Shown here: positions 44,201-59,300 of the stretch, one piece after another | How positions within the stretch are numbered: the first letter of the stretch is position 1 | Layout: every line of letters starts with the position of its first letter | NCBI GenBank assembly: GCA_949358305.1 | Contig: OX442314.1 | Location: forward strand, 14,818,001 to 14,882,000 | Reading direction: 5' to 3' | DNA: 64,000 bases | Origin: Strigamia acuminata | Taxonomy: Eukaryota | Position numbers and translations under genes: made by a program | Notes under the pieces: model-generated | What the model was told of the DNA's origin: nothing | What the model saw: the letters and a program-made list of their open reading frames with translations, nothing else | Database searches by the model: none

Positions 44201-47200
44201 TTTTTATTTAGGCGTTTATATGATTCACGCAGAGAAAAAAAACTCGTCTGAATTAAATAACTTAAAATTCCTTTTCAATTAAATTTTTATTTCGGTCATG
44301 CTTTTTTTTCCTCCAAAAAAAAAAAAAAAAAAAAAAAATTGTCGCGGGAATTATCACAGTCATTTCCCCTCCTATTCTTACGATTCCGTACGTGACTTGA
44401 GTCTCCTTTAAGTTTGAGAACAAGACGGACCTAAGATCTAAGGTTTCTTTGCACGTGTTTCGGATCCCACATCTACTAATCACGTTATTGTCCGTCGAAC
44501 AAGTACGAAATACATTTTATGTGGATTTTTTTTTTAAACTATATAGCATTTTTCTCCCTTCCTTAATCCGAAATCTCTCGTGGTATGTCCGTCGTCTGCA
44601 TTGGTTCTTCCTCTTCAATGCATCGTAATCCGAAATTCGGCTATAGAAAACTCTTGACAGACGCCGTTTCGTGATGCAAACTTAACACGATTTTCATTGA
44701 AATCCAAAAAGCAAATCTCTCTTTTTTATATATATTATTTAACCCGTGTACTGTGTTTTACTTTTACCCACTAAATAGAAAAGTAAATTCAAATTCAAAC
44801 AAAAAGAGATCTCAAGAAATGTGCGTGAGTTTAAGGACCCATTACCCGTTGAATTCATTATCCTGTTTGACATTTATACTGCATTCACGCATGCGTTCCT
44901 CTTGAAATGACGCTCTGATGAGAGGCCTAACTCGCTTGCTTCCTAATAATTAACGCATTTTGGCGGAAAGAGAGAGAAAAAAGTTTATAAAAAAAGGTAA
45001 ACTCAAGTCAGAGGATGTTGTCTACGCCCACAGCCCCGAGGTACGCCTGGCTCCACGCAGTCTGCCAGGTAGAAAGGTAAATGAGTTCTTTTAAGATTTA
45101 CACCCGTTATAAGGCGATGCACGAAGCGTTCAGACACCGGTAGCATAACAATATTCCATACGTGTTTTCAAAACTTTTCATTTAAAACTAATTCCGTTTA
45201 AAAATAATATTTAAATGTTCGAATAAATCAAGTAACTCAAAATAATGCTTTATTTCATGAAAAATCGAGTCTATTTCCAACATCCTAGACGGCAACTTAC
45301 AATTAATAAATTGTTTTTTTTTTTTACAACTTTTACAAATTGAAAAATATACACTGAAATTTATTTAAAAATTAAAGTTTAAAAATTAAATGAAATCTAT
45401 TTATTGACCTCAATTTTTTATTTTTATATGTCAAGGTCGTATTAAAAACATGTCTACAACCTTTTAATTAAACGAAAAAAAAGTATTGAATGGAAAAAAA
45501 TATTAGTTGCCAGAATATAAACATCAACGTCGGACTCACTTGAAATCATTTTGTTCATTTGACTATAAAATGAGCACACCTGTGTTAAACCGCACCTGGA
45601 ATCTGATCAGCATTAAAATCTTTTTTTTTTGGGTGCTGGGCTGTGTATAACATGACATATTTGAATTTAACTTAAAACAGGTTCATCATGACATGCATTT
45701 TTAATAATTTAAAATAATATTTTAGTTTTCTGTTAAATATAAAGTTATACAGAACTTATTATTGAACTGTACTCTTTTTTTAAAAAGTTTTTTTTTTAAT
45801 ATTCGTCCTCAATAAAATATTCCCAAGCTACTTAAAACATATTTAATAGTGAAAGTGAGAAAGAGGAAGGTGTAACACAGTATTACGACATTAAAGATGA
45901 TGAGGAGGACGGAAAGATTAACTTTTTTTTCTTTCTTTTTACCGAATAAATAAAATAAAGATGTTAATAATTCAAGAAGAATAAAGATAGTTAGATTTTT
46001 GTTTTGTTTGTAAATGGACTATAACTACAATGTTTTTTCTTCATTTTTTGTAATATAAACTTTCAAATATCACCGTTTATGACAACGCTTCAATCGTGTA
46101 TGCGAGCAACAAACAACAAATGGTCACATTCAGTTATACAAAAACATAATTTAGCATTTCTTTCATTTTTTTTTTTTTAAAAAAGGACAAAAAAAAATCT
46201 TTGGCATTTTCTAAATATTTAACATTAAAAAAATTAAATTTAATAAATATATTTGTGACCTACTATAAATATCCTATAACCATAAAATAAAATCTATTAT
46301 TAATTAAATTAAAATTACACCCCACACTGTTAGTTCAGTACCACTCAAGAAAAGTTTTTGTTTTAAAAAAAACATTTACAATAACAGCACGTATTGAGTA
46401 ATATTTGCATTGAAATCTTTTGAGACAAAAGGACACAACTCTACACTTAAGGCAATTTTACCTGCATTATAAACATATTAAAAATCAAATCATGAATTAA
46501 ACATGAAATAGTATAAAGCACCATTTTTATGCAAAAGAACTAAAATCTGCAACAAGAAAACAAAAAATATAAACCCAAAATTGTCTCTAATTCACTTTAT
46601 AATATTATCACTTTTAACTGTTAAATTAAATCAAAGGTCATAGGCGGCCGCCCCCAAAGAGCATCACTCAGAGACCATCAGATATGATGATCTTGTTGCT
46701 AAGTAACCATCACAAATCACCAAGCAACGCAAAATAAGCTGATTGGTCCGGGCTCATTAATTAGAGTCAAAAGAAGGGGGTCTTTTCTAACGTACTTCGA
46801 GCTCAGTTGGGTTCTTGAGGCAAATTGTAATCAATATTTACAAAAATCTCATTCTAAGAGTTGTTGCATCTTTGTGTCTGACGTATTGAAATGAGATTTT
46901 CCTTCTTTCTTTAAGAATGAGCGTACAACATGAGTAAATAAGACAAAAACAATACACGTAATTATTATTAACAAAATACAACTTTAACAGAGGTAAAATT
47001 AAGAGCAAATAATAGTAAAACAATAAATTTCTCTTTTTTGCATCTATTTTTTTTTTTTTTATTATTATAGAATATAATAAGTAACAATCTACTTAACACA
47101 GTAAAATTTCTAAAACATTTCTCTTCATTCAACATCTCGAAAAGACGTTGGAAATGTCCACTTTATTTCTCTTCCTAAGACACAAAGTTTTCTTCCTTGG

Positions 47201-47310
47201 AAAGTTTACACAATGAGTACATCAATAGTTTGGATGAAAAAGTTTTTTTTTTGTTCTTATCTTCTTGATAATTATTATATTTTTTTAATTTATGCACTTT
47301 TTTCTTCTTT

Positions 47311-50300
47311 TTACTGAAGCACACAATTCCTATCCTGCTGTGTGTGCTGACTCTCCAGTGCAACATTAACCATCGGTGTTTTCCTAACATTTTCAGCAAT
47401 TTTATCGTCCAATTCAATTCTAGAAATAAATAAAAATAAAAATATACTTAATTTTTAGTAAACTTACTTTCAAGAAAAAGAAAAGTAAAAAAGAAGGGAG
47501 TAATTTCCTGTTCACATTTCAAAATTATTTTAATTACATTAAAAAAATCTGGACTTTAATTCCGTCCACCAAATATAAAAAAATAATAATTAAAAAATTA
47601 TACTTCAAAATTTATTTCAAAGCAAGCAATAAAAACAATACGACAGACAATAATTCTATTACATATGTAATAAAATGCATGTAAAATTACAGGTTTTGAA
47701 GTTCGCGTGTCCAATTATACATTGTATGGAGATGAAATCAAAGCAGTAAAATATTATATATATGTATTTAAAAAAAATAATAAAAAATAAAAATGAGAAG
47801 AAAACATGTGTGACAAAATTTTATTAAATTTGTAGAAAAAAATTAAAAACAGCTTTATTTTGTGTTTAATTAACCACAACCACAACCAGAAAGATGTAAT
47901 TAAAAAATTAAATTGCAAACGAAGTTTCCTCTGCCCCGCCATCACAAGTCGGCCCTCGGTTCCCATACAATTGCTGCGCCACAGAAGCCATGTTGCGATG
48001 GCAAAGCAAATTACGTGTCGTTTCGCAAACATTAGCACTAGCCTGTATAATGTTTATTGACATCAAACCCAGCAAAGCAAATAGCCATACACCGTACCAT
48101 ATATTTCATTAATGACTACTTTTATTTTTGTTCTATTACTATTATTAAAAACACGCTATTCCGTCATTACCTATCAACAGTCGCAAGGCCATTCGAGTAT
48201 TTATCATTATAGTAAACTTTAGTCAAACACAATTTAATGAATTCCCCCCTTAAATAATTTCCTTTTTCACCAGCAAATTAAAATTTGACACCTCAAAACC
48301 GAAATGATAAATTATATAAAACACCGTCAAGATGTTTTTAGTCACTAATAAACAAACGGAAAAAACTCATTAAGATGCTTAAAAGTGAATGACAACGTGA
48401 ATTTATAATTATTTTGCTTATTTCAAGCACTACCTCACACTTTAACACCTGCTTCGAATACTTCTACGGAAGTTCCATTAAGAATATAAAAAATTAATAA
48501 AAAAAGTTGTAACGGTTGGACGCGGTTCGAAAATGTCAAAAAGACACAGCGAATATAGACACAGGTAAAAGAAGCCGCCCGACCACACACAAGGAGTTCT
48601 TTTCAAATGGATTCATGCGGTGGTTAGGATCCTGCAGAGGAATGACAGCCATCGACCGCCAAAACAACGTCTTGAATCCCCAGCGCGGTGAACTTTTTCA
48701 CCTTCAGAGAAATCTGGTTGGCCGTCGTGCACCATCAACCACTTGTGGATTGAATATCATCTAAGTGCCTCTTGCTTGTGGATGGGGCTGTGGCTGACAC
48801 CTGCCATTGCCGAACGCTGATGGAAGCCACTAAAGCGGTGCTTTTATACTGTCTGTCAAAAAAATGACGGGCTCGCCACCGAGACCGACGAACAGGTGAG
48901 GCGCGCGTCCCGCTGCACGCCTCCACTTCGACCACACGGAACGCTGGTATGCGATGAGCACAAAGCTACCAAGGTCACGCGCCAAAATGACCCCGTCTTC
49001 TTATCCAAGAATGACTTGTCAGACTGACATAACTCGTTGATAAACCGAGCAGAATTTTAAGTATTTCGAATATTTCTTTCATTTTTCCCCAAAAAATTTA
49101 TCAATTCACATCCCCATGGAAATAATCGATCATCGGGGTATGTCCAGATGGCTGTGGGGAATGGGGAACAATTGTCCACCGTCTCTCGGAGGTCTTCATC
49201 ACCGTCATTCGATTGTCGAAGTGCAACCGACCGTGGCCCCTCTCTCTGCCCTATCTCTAATGAATTGACATGGGGTATAAAAAGAGGAGTGCTTGTAGCA
49301 GCACTTGACACTTAATCACCGTTTCGATGAAGGGGGAGTTGGATTAATTATTTTTAAGGTGACTAAACATGCCCAACAGGTGGACAAATGCGAAAAATTC
49401 AGCGCAAACTAGTTTGTTTGTACTTTTTACAGAAATAAAATATTTGGCAGCGTATGTTCACTCGTGAGAAGATGTAATGGATGTTATAGTGCGCACACCT
49501 GATGCCTACGAGGGGGTCCCTCTCTTGTGGATCGCGGTTTCCTTTCTTATATTCTTCAGGCCACCAAGGCAAAAAGGGAGATGACGAATGCGGGTGGAGG
49601 TCAAAACGACGCCCTTACGCAATACAATCTTGGAGAGGTGGAAGGGATGGCACGTTCATGGGACAAGAACGCGACTAAGGACCCGCGAGAGGGCAAAACC
49701 AGCAAACCATTTGGTCACTAGGTATTGGAAGAGCTAACGAATAGCGCCACGTGTGGTCAGTGTAATAAAATATGCTCGAGAAGAAAAGAAACCCCGGAAA
49801 AAAAATTGAGACGCGACTGATACAAAAGCAAGCGCATCTGTCTTATTTGTGTGAAGAATTGTGCTCAAATGACAGAGCCGCGTGAATTTATCACTCGCAT
49901 ATATCGTGGTCATGACGACACTCGAGGGATAAAACACAATTAGCCTACCTTTGTCCGCTGATTTTATTTCATACCTCTTTTATCATTACGATTATTATTA
50001 CCGGTATTTTTTTTTTTTTGGAAAAAATATTTGTGTAATAGAATAAACTTGACGGAAATTAATAGATTTTTTTCTTCGGTGTAAGAACAATGGAAAGATT
50101 TATGTAAAACATCACTCAAATTTCTCCTCACCTGTTTAAAACACCTATCACTTACCTGTATCTACAACAAGGTCAGATGTAAATCAGATTAATTCTATAT
50201 GATGCATGTCAAAATCGTACATGGAATAATAAAAACGAGAAAAAAAAAGTTTCCAATTTGACCAGATTTAAGTGAAACAAAAAAGGTTAAAACAAGGTGA

Positions 50301-53300
50301 CGGCACCTTTCCACCTCTTTTAACACTTAAAACGGCCCACCCACAGATCAGACTAAAACCGAGTCATAACACAATCAAAATCTTCAACAAATTCAAGTTA
50401 ACTCGTGATTTACGACGTGCAGCTTTGATTTACGACGCCGGGGCATCTCGTTTCCACACCGACTCCTCATTACTATTATGTCCTCATTTTCTTGTACAGA
50501 ATAGAGATTCCCCACCGTCTTGGCTGCATTTGCCACGACCGCAAACTCCGCCCTACATAACCAACAAGACCCCCCACACAAGCACTCTCTAACTGCTCCC
50601 CCCTTTTTTCCCAAACCCTCTCGACATCCCACCACACCCCCGCCGAGCAACAAGGTCATGCAGAGAAAACCACCCCAATCAAACTACGGGGTCAAAATGA
50701 GAGCATTCCAAACATTCCTTAGGTTAACCTCTGCAAACCGGCATTAAAGGGGTTCGTGACATTACCCAGGGTTTTTTTAATGACTAATAAATGTAACAAT
50801 TATTAAAATTCACGTTAATTGATTCATTTAGATTAAAAAAATAGTGGAAAAACGGAAAAACCCTGTAAACGTAAATAAACTCCTCCTAAAAGCTCATTCG
50901 GCCAAGTGAAAGTAAACATTAAGAGGCTTCACACTGATGGATTAAATCCGACTTTTTTTTTAAGTGTAAACTGCTCACAACAATGAAACGAGGAGTTCCA
51001 ACTATAAAATCGGATTTAAACCAAATGCGTGAAACCCTCCTATTATTTGCACCCAAAGTTAAATAGATTTTTTTTTAATTGAATTAAACCCGATTTCTGC
51101 TTTAAATGGGTTCATTTGATCATCTTTAAGTGTTAGTATTCATCTGGCGCCTGAAAGCCCCAGTCGATTGATGAATCAGTCTTTTTTTTCTCTAACTACT
51201 TCTACTTCGTTATTTCCGTTCGCTTTTAGAATTTTATTGATTTTATATTGGCCTAAATTGGCTTCAGAAGAGCAAAAAACTTTACACACCAGAATTCGAA
51301 CATAATGTACAAAATTCGTGCCAAAAATCCACTCTACATTTATTGAAAATCGAATTTCAGTTTATGTCGCAAAAAAATAATCGATTTGATGCATTTAACT
51401 TTGATAATAAAAAAAAATACATTTTCATTTATCATTAACCCTTTAAGCACACGTCCTGAAATTAATTGAAGTATAAATTGTATTGCCATATCATATCCCA
51501 TTCGTCATAAGTGACTGGAGGGCTCGGCGGGCTAACGAGAACCTTGTTCTCCCGCTGCCATAAATCTGTGCGCGCACAGGTCGCCACGCGGGTGTTTGCA
51601 CACCATCACGACCGAGAAAACTCGCTTAATAAATTTTTATATTGTCCGAATGCAAGTGCAACGCTGATTACATTTTATGGCGACAGTTGGAGAGTGGGCC
51701 GGAGTCGTTGACAGCCGCACAAGCGATAAGCAATGGTCGAAGCCATATCGAAATTCGCACCTTCCTTATACGGCTAGAAAAATTATTATCACTTATGCAC
51801 TTGGATTCATCTTTAAAAAACAAAAGGCTAACAACACTTAATTTGAATACTTTTGTTTACATTTAAGCCTAAACAAAGATATTAAAATGTATAAATCTCT
51901 ATTTTATGGCTGCTTACCAATGTGGTTTTTATTTTTATTGTTTTCGTCTGAGTACGCAAGCGTACTTCCGACTGTCGGATATACTTAAAAGAAATATAGC
52001 AACAATTGCATTTAAATTGTAAACATGAGCAATTTTCTGCACTTTGCTCGTCAATAATCATGATTAACTGCACGACATGCTCTGTCACTCAAAAATGCCG
52101 TTTGTTAACAACTTCGCATTCATCAAACCGAAAGGGGAGGACAACAAAGTAACTTAACTCTATATAATTTATCCACCATGCACACATAAACTTACCCTTT
52201 TTCTTGGTTATCGAGATGTTGCACCAATTCGTCCCTTTTGTTCACAACTTGAATGAGTTCATCCAACAGCAACTTTTCTCTTTCCTTCATCGCTTCTGTC
52301 TTCTGCCAGTCTGCGACAAACAAGAGAAAATACACATTTTTGGGTACATCCTTAAATATCCACAAGACACTATATATTTTGAAAACTCTCTCTTCCGTTA
52401 GGAATGGCGATGTACGACTGAGTGCGAACTCTTCTCGTGCCAGACCCTTTATATATGTAACGGGAGAAAAGCCCCAGCTAAGGGGCTTGTACCTAATTTT
52501 CGTTAAGAAGTGCACCAATCCTGATTTATCGTTGGACGATGCTTTAATAAAATAAGCAGTTTAAATGGGAGTCGGATCAGAAGAGAAAATCTGCCGTTTC
52601 CTCTTTCTCTCTCTCGCTTTGCACATAACCCTCTTGCAAGATTACAATGTTCTTAGTGTAATGCTATTTCAAACTATTGGCACAACAAGTTAACAAAAAA
52701 AAGTAAGCGTAAAGAACTAAAATAGCAAAACAAAGCTGTCAAAAGAAGAAAAAAAGTAAACGGAAATTTATTTCAAAGCAGATTTATTCTTTGAAAAGAA
52801 AGAAATGTGTAATGAGGAGGATTGAAAAGCTGCCGCACAAAATCCGTGAGCAAAAAGAATGAGGTATAGAGTTTTCATAGAGCTGTTTGAAGCGAGTAAT
52901 CATCTTAAGGAATTCAATTGCAGCTATTGACTGCTGAGAAACGCGTGCACAGGTAGCTACGGCAAGTATAGTACACAGGGTGGGGTTAAAAGAAGAAGAA
53001 GAAGAAGAAGAAGAAAAAGAAAAAGGGAAAAAGAAGAAAAGGAGGAGGTAGAGAGGTGGGGAAAAAAGAAATCTTAGGAGAAAAGCAAAAGCAGGGAGTG
53101 CATGAAGTGGCAGCCGGATTACGCTTAGGACTCGAGTCGAACTGACGTTGATCCTCGAGGCCAGTGAATGCAACGTTCCGAGAAAAGAAATCGAATATTG
53201 CGTTCCGTGAGGATCAATGGTCGACCTGAGTGTTTACGAGAAAACTTATTTTTCTCCAGTTTCGTAAACACTTTTAAACTGTTTGCCTAAAACTACTTTT

Positions 53301-56300
53301 TTCTTTTTAATCCTTTATTTTCTACTTTTTTTTTTAAATAAAAATATTCTTTTTCCAAATAAGGTTAAAAAGGTGAAAACATTGTTCCGTCTTATGTCAG
53401 CTTGGTCCTACAACCATATTTTAATCACACCCACGCTGAAAAAAAGTGTTACCTACCCACGCGTGCAAGTGGTAAATTATGAAATATATTTCTTTTTTTT
53501 ACTTATTTATTCTTAGCACGGTCGTCTTACGAAAATAAAGTACCCTACACCGAAAAATTATAACATCCAACATAAATTAATAAATTTAAAAAGCAAAATC
53601 AGCGCCGAGTCTGATTGTAGCATCCAAAACAGAACTAAACTGACAGATTTACATTTCTAATGAATTATTTATAAGCCGAGAAGCAGATCTGCGTACTGTA
53701 TGGCAACTTCTAGCACGATAAAAGTGACGTTAGAAGGCCGAGAGTGGAAAAACGAACAACAACATCGAGGAATACACAAATTTTTTTTTTGTTTGCACGT
53801 GCCACGCAGTTTGATGAGGTCTCCAGAGAGAGTGACTCCAACTGCTGACAACAGATTGGAATCTAAGGGCGGGCAGAAGCAAGAGACGAGTGGAGAACGA
53901 AGTGAGGGGGAGGAGGCTCATTAGAGGAACCAGCACAAATCTACACTAACAACCCAAGTTGAGAGACAAGAGCAAGAGTGGGGGGGAAAGGGGAGTTTAA
54001 GGGGGAAGCAAAAGCGAGAACGAAAGAGAGAAAGAAAGAAAAAACGATGGGGTTAAAAAAATGCGAGCCAATTAAGAGTGACTTTTTTCAAACTATCAGG
54101 TACGACTGATTTCTTTTTAATCAAATATAAACAAAAGAGAAATTAAACTTTACCAGTTTCGCTCTCGGTCTAAGAACTTTATTGGATTCTCATTTAAAAG
54201 TGGGTAGGATTAGTAATCTGCTCTTCACAAGTGATGAATCAGATGGAAACGCATTGAGAGAGAAAGCAGCAAGAAGAGGGGAAATAATTCAAAATACCCC
54301 CTCGTCTACACGATTCTCTTAACACAATGTGAGAACGGAGCCTATCTATTACGACCAGAGCCCAGCCATGCCATTAGCCAAGAGAATATAATCGGCTTAG
54401 AGCAGAGACAGCAGCATCCAAGTTTTCCCCTTGATGCTTACGACAAGAGAAGAGAAGAGAAGAGAGAAGAGAAAGACAGAATTGCTCCACCTTCCACAAC
54501 CCAAACTCCACTCCACTCCAAATGATCAGTCGGGTGAAGTTGCTCCTATAGGGACAGCGGCACGATGCACGTGCAATTATCTTCCCGAACACAGGTGCCG
54601 CACCGAGCTCATACTCGATGGATGGATGGATGGATAGAAAAGCTTAATAAATGACAAATGAATTTTTGCTCCATCATTATCATGTCCCATTCATAACCAT
54701 CATTTACGACTTTTATGCATTGGCTGTTCTTATACACGCACAAATTTAGTGCATCCAAAGTTTCCGTCTTTGGTGTTTTTAGTGTCTCTAGAACCAGAAT
54801 GGACACAAACCATCTTGAGAAACTGTAAAAACACATACCACAACTAAAGAATGGTTTTTCAAGTGCTTTTATCCCTGGTTTTGCTTTTAACAACCAAAAT
54901 CAAAGTTAAATCGGGAATCAAACTACAAATTATTATAACGCTTCCACGTGAAGTCGATCACAATTCGTTCATTTGGTTACAACTAGGACGATCAACTACA
55001 GGACTTCACATCTAGCACAATTTACTTGTTAGACTGTAATGCGATTCTGTCTTGTGTTCGTGGCGCCATCCGGCCGAAACGGTGCAAAATGACGTTATTT
55101 TGCGGACAAATGGCGGACAACTGACATTCCGCATTTACATTTTTGGTGAACGTTATAACTATAGTTCAATTTTATTTATCGTTTGATTTAAAAAATAATA
55201 TCTAAAATACAATAAATAATTTTCAGGCATTATTTTTTAATCAAACGTTAAATAAAATTAAACTATAGTGATAACGTCCGCCAAAAATGCATATGTGGAT
55301 GTCAGTTGTCTGCCATTTGCCCGCAAAAGTTCTAACAATGCGGGACAACTTAGATTTAAAAAAAATGGCGGATGTGAAGTCCTGCACTGATCGTCCTAGG
55401 TTACAATGGGGGAATTTTGATTATCATTTACTTGTAAAACCCAAAAACTAAACAATAAACAAAGACAAAAACAGAACAATCCCATACGCAAGCGTTATAT
55501 CTTCCGTTTTCGCTGTTTATAGCAGAAACGCCAAAAACCACATACGGTAAACAGAAACTTTGGACGCATCTAATGTATTTGCATTGCTTTTTCAGTTGGA
55601 TGATATTATATTATATGATGATCCACATTTAGAAAATAGAGACATGCTTCGTGTTTGTATTTGTAATATTTATGTCGGGCTTACTGGTCACACCCCAAAC
55701 ATTGCTACCATTTGCCAATAATAACTTTAAGTCACATTACAACACCATATTTGTTTTATTGCGAGACAAACGGAAACCCACATCCCAACGGACTTAAACC
55801 AAAACATCTCATAAATTATTTTTTCCCCTACTAATGTACATTCTATGAGACAACACAACACATGCACGGTGCATTACGCGTTGTCTCCTCACTCACCCTC
55901 CCTCCCTCCACGTTCAACCCCACCCTTCTTATCAATTGGCAAAGTGTGGGGGCGGAGCTCGATGAGAGGCGGAGTACTTTTCCAGAGCAGACGATCCATT
56001 AAATCTGTTTTCCTCCGGGAAGAGACAGAAAGGGGGGTATGGGGCCATGAGAAAAATTTCAATTAGCTACCGCCAGAGGAAAAAATATACTACGTTTCAT
56101 ATTACGCTCACTAGGGAGCGTGACTGCTCAGAGGTTAAAAGCGAGGTTAAGAGTATATGCCTAATTCAAACAAAGTTGACTGGAATCATTCAGTATCGGG
56201 CAAATAATGTTATCACGTATAATCGCGTGGAAAACAAATCTCATTTCTTAACTCTTTCTTCGTGTTGAATAAAATAGCGAGTAAGTCTTCTTATGAATAA

Positions 56301-59300
56301 TAATAACAGCTTAGCTTCCCATCTTTAAAAATATCCCCATATAGAAAAAGCGAGTGCAGAAAATGGAGAAAAAAATTATCTTCCCCCCTCAAAACACAAA
56401 AATCGATATCGTAATTAAAAAGCCATCAAGAAAAGATCCTTTATGCATATTAAAAAAAAAGAAGAAAAACCCAGAAAATAAAGATGTTATTTTTATATTA
56501 AAAATTTTCTTAAACCATAAACTTACATTAGGCGCATCCATAAAGTCATTTAAAGTTGTTTATATTTTTTAAACCAGTCTTAACGTAAAATTTTCCATGT
56601 TAAAACATATAAACAAGTTTAAATGACTGTATATGAATGCGCCTATTCTTATTTTGAAATATTTATTTTAAACTAGTCCGTTTGCTAATTTAATGGGTGG
56701 CATTTATTTCCACGGGATTTATTTCCACGAGATTCTACAGGAATCCACGAGATTTGCCTGTTGGGTTTTGTTATTTCATTTAAAAAAATTTTTTTTATCG
56801 TATAGGCTGCATAATTTAATAAAAATAACTTCTAGTCATAACTAAAAGACGAAACGATGTGATGTTTACACCGATAAATTAAATTCAAACCATTTCCAAT
56901 GTGCTGAAAAACTCGCATGCAAAATAAAATTACAAATTACCTTCCATTGCTAGCATTTTTCTCAATTCACGATTTAATAGTTCGTATCGCCTTTCCAGGT
57001 CCATTTCCTTCTCCCTAAAAAGAATAAAATAAAAAAAAATCGTTAAACTTATTTACTTAAGTTACATTTCGTAAAACCAGAATTTTTTTTAAAAGGACCG
57101 ATTGTGAATAGGGGGTCCACTAATCCCAGGTCCAGTTTCGTGCTCATGATCGTCCATCTATCAAAGGTCACAGAAATGGTATAACGAGGCAAACACACTA
57201 TACTCCATTTAATTCAAGTGCAAAGGGCTTAACTCAAGCAAAAATACAAATAAAAATCCCAGTATAATCTGAGAAAACAAAGCGCGAAAAAAAGCACAGA
57301 GAAAACTTCAATCTCAACCACATACCCATCATCTCCCATCGAAAAATTTCCAGATTAGAATATAATATGTCATCACACCCTAAAGGGCAACTCTTATCCT
57401 CGAACTCGACCAAATACTCAAATAAAAGAAGGGCGATGATCAAATGTGTAAGCCAGCCACACGCAACACTTTGCCATGTATGGGTCTTTAGAGGATTCAT
57501 CCTCTGTTTACCCAAAACATCATCCCTCATCCAAATGGCTTTAGGCCAATTGTCACTCTTCAATCCTCCTCAATCCACAAAGTAATTTGCCAATTTTCCT
57601 CTCAACTTGCCCTCCTCCCCAATTCGTTAGACAAACAATCAAAAATGGCCACCCTCAACCTCAAAGAAAGCCACTATAGGTGTTTAAAAATCCAATTTTA
57701 TTATTCCCGCGCTTTAAACTGCTATTTATCAATTGTTTATCGAGTGTTTTTGGGAAACCGTCCACCTAATCCCCGGTTCAATACGAGAAACGGGGCGAAA
57801 AAGGACACCAATGCACCTCCACACCTGGATTTGTATCCATTCAGTCAAATATGTTGTCAGCACCATGATATCTGCCAATCACGCACATTCACTTAGTGAC
57901 AAGTTGGCAATGAGAAAAGCCAATTCTCTTCGAGATACAACAAAATGAATGGCAACCGAGCCACACAAGCGCAGGGGCCCTCGGTTGGAAGTCCCCTTGG
58001 CTCCCCATTACAATCTCCACAGAAAAGACAGGTGGGGTGGGCACACCAAACGCCACTCTGCTTTCTCTTTCTTTTCTCTCTATACACCCATAATATGCAG
58101 GAAAAACGCGCCCACAATTGTCATCAAAACGCTCGCTGAATTTAACTCTTACTTTATAAACTCGTATATTTCTGCTTGCATTCAAGAAGAAATTATCAGC
58201 GCAAAGTGCAGAAAAAATAAAGAAACTAAAATTAATTTATCGCGGAAGCTCATTTTATTTCTACGACGCTTCGTAAACCAATTGCGGTTGTTTTTCCAAC
58301 GTGTTATCATTAAATACCGGTACTTAGAGCGTTTTTCGAACGCAGCCAGTGTGCAATTACTAAGTCAAATCACATTTATGCATGTCAAGCACCAAATGTG
58401 GGAAGGAACAGCAGGAGTTGGAGCAAGTTGAGGGGAAAAGTTGCTGCTTCATGGCAAATTAGGGCACCACATGGGTGCGCTTTTGGGGCCCGACTTTTGT
58501 AGACGAACCCTACGTGTTTTGACAAGTTCATTGGTGAAATGCCTCCCTCTCCCTTATGCCAATCTTCTCCAAGACAACGGTCTCCTTCTTTCCCTTCCTT
58601 CCTCGACACAATATAAAAAAGGGGTGAGGCCTCCAACCGATCACATGACCCACATTCTCCAAACTTTTAAACTATTTCTCTTTTAAAATAATATCAATAC
58701 TAAAAATATCTACTCGTCGTGGAGACTATAGAAAAACGAGTGCATTTTGGTGTCAAAGGATTGTACTTGGGTCGCGCGGCGCTGCTGTGGCGCGTGCAAT
58801 CAGGGTGCGGGTGTAAAGAGCGGGAGAAAGAGGACACGCAGCACGGATTTAGCGTTCGTCTCATCCGGCTTGGGCTTCGAGGCATTGGGGCCGAGAGATT
58901 AGCGTTGCCATTTCGTATGACGTGATGCCTCACCCCAAAGTTCCATTAGCATCCACGCGCTGTCTGCGGGGGAACACGAGCAATCAAAACATTTACAAAT
59001 TAAATCTGAACCGCAATGGAAATCTAACAACTTTTCTCTGCTTTATTTATTACTTATTTAACATAGATTTTCCTTCCCTTCCTTTTGCTTTTCTTTTAAC
59101 ATTTCGAATAGAACGAGAGAAAGATAGAAATAGAGATAGAGAAATAGAGAGAGAGAGAAAGAGAAAAAAAAAGTGATATTATTTTTTGAAGTTTGAACAA
59201 ACTGAAAAAGGCCATTCCCATCATCAACAAAAAGATCAATCCCCATGGCAACCATGTAACATCCAAAAAAACAACAACAAAGAAATATCAACAACGTAAA

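Noticed and set aside
50939..51022. 13-bp imperfect inverted repeat (GGATTAAATCCGA ... TCGGATTTAAACC)
   Set aside because: Too short and no target-site duplication; it cannot be called a transposon.
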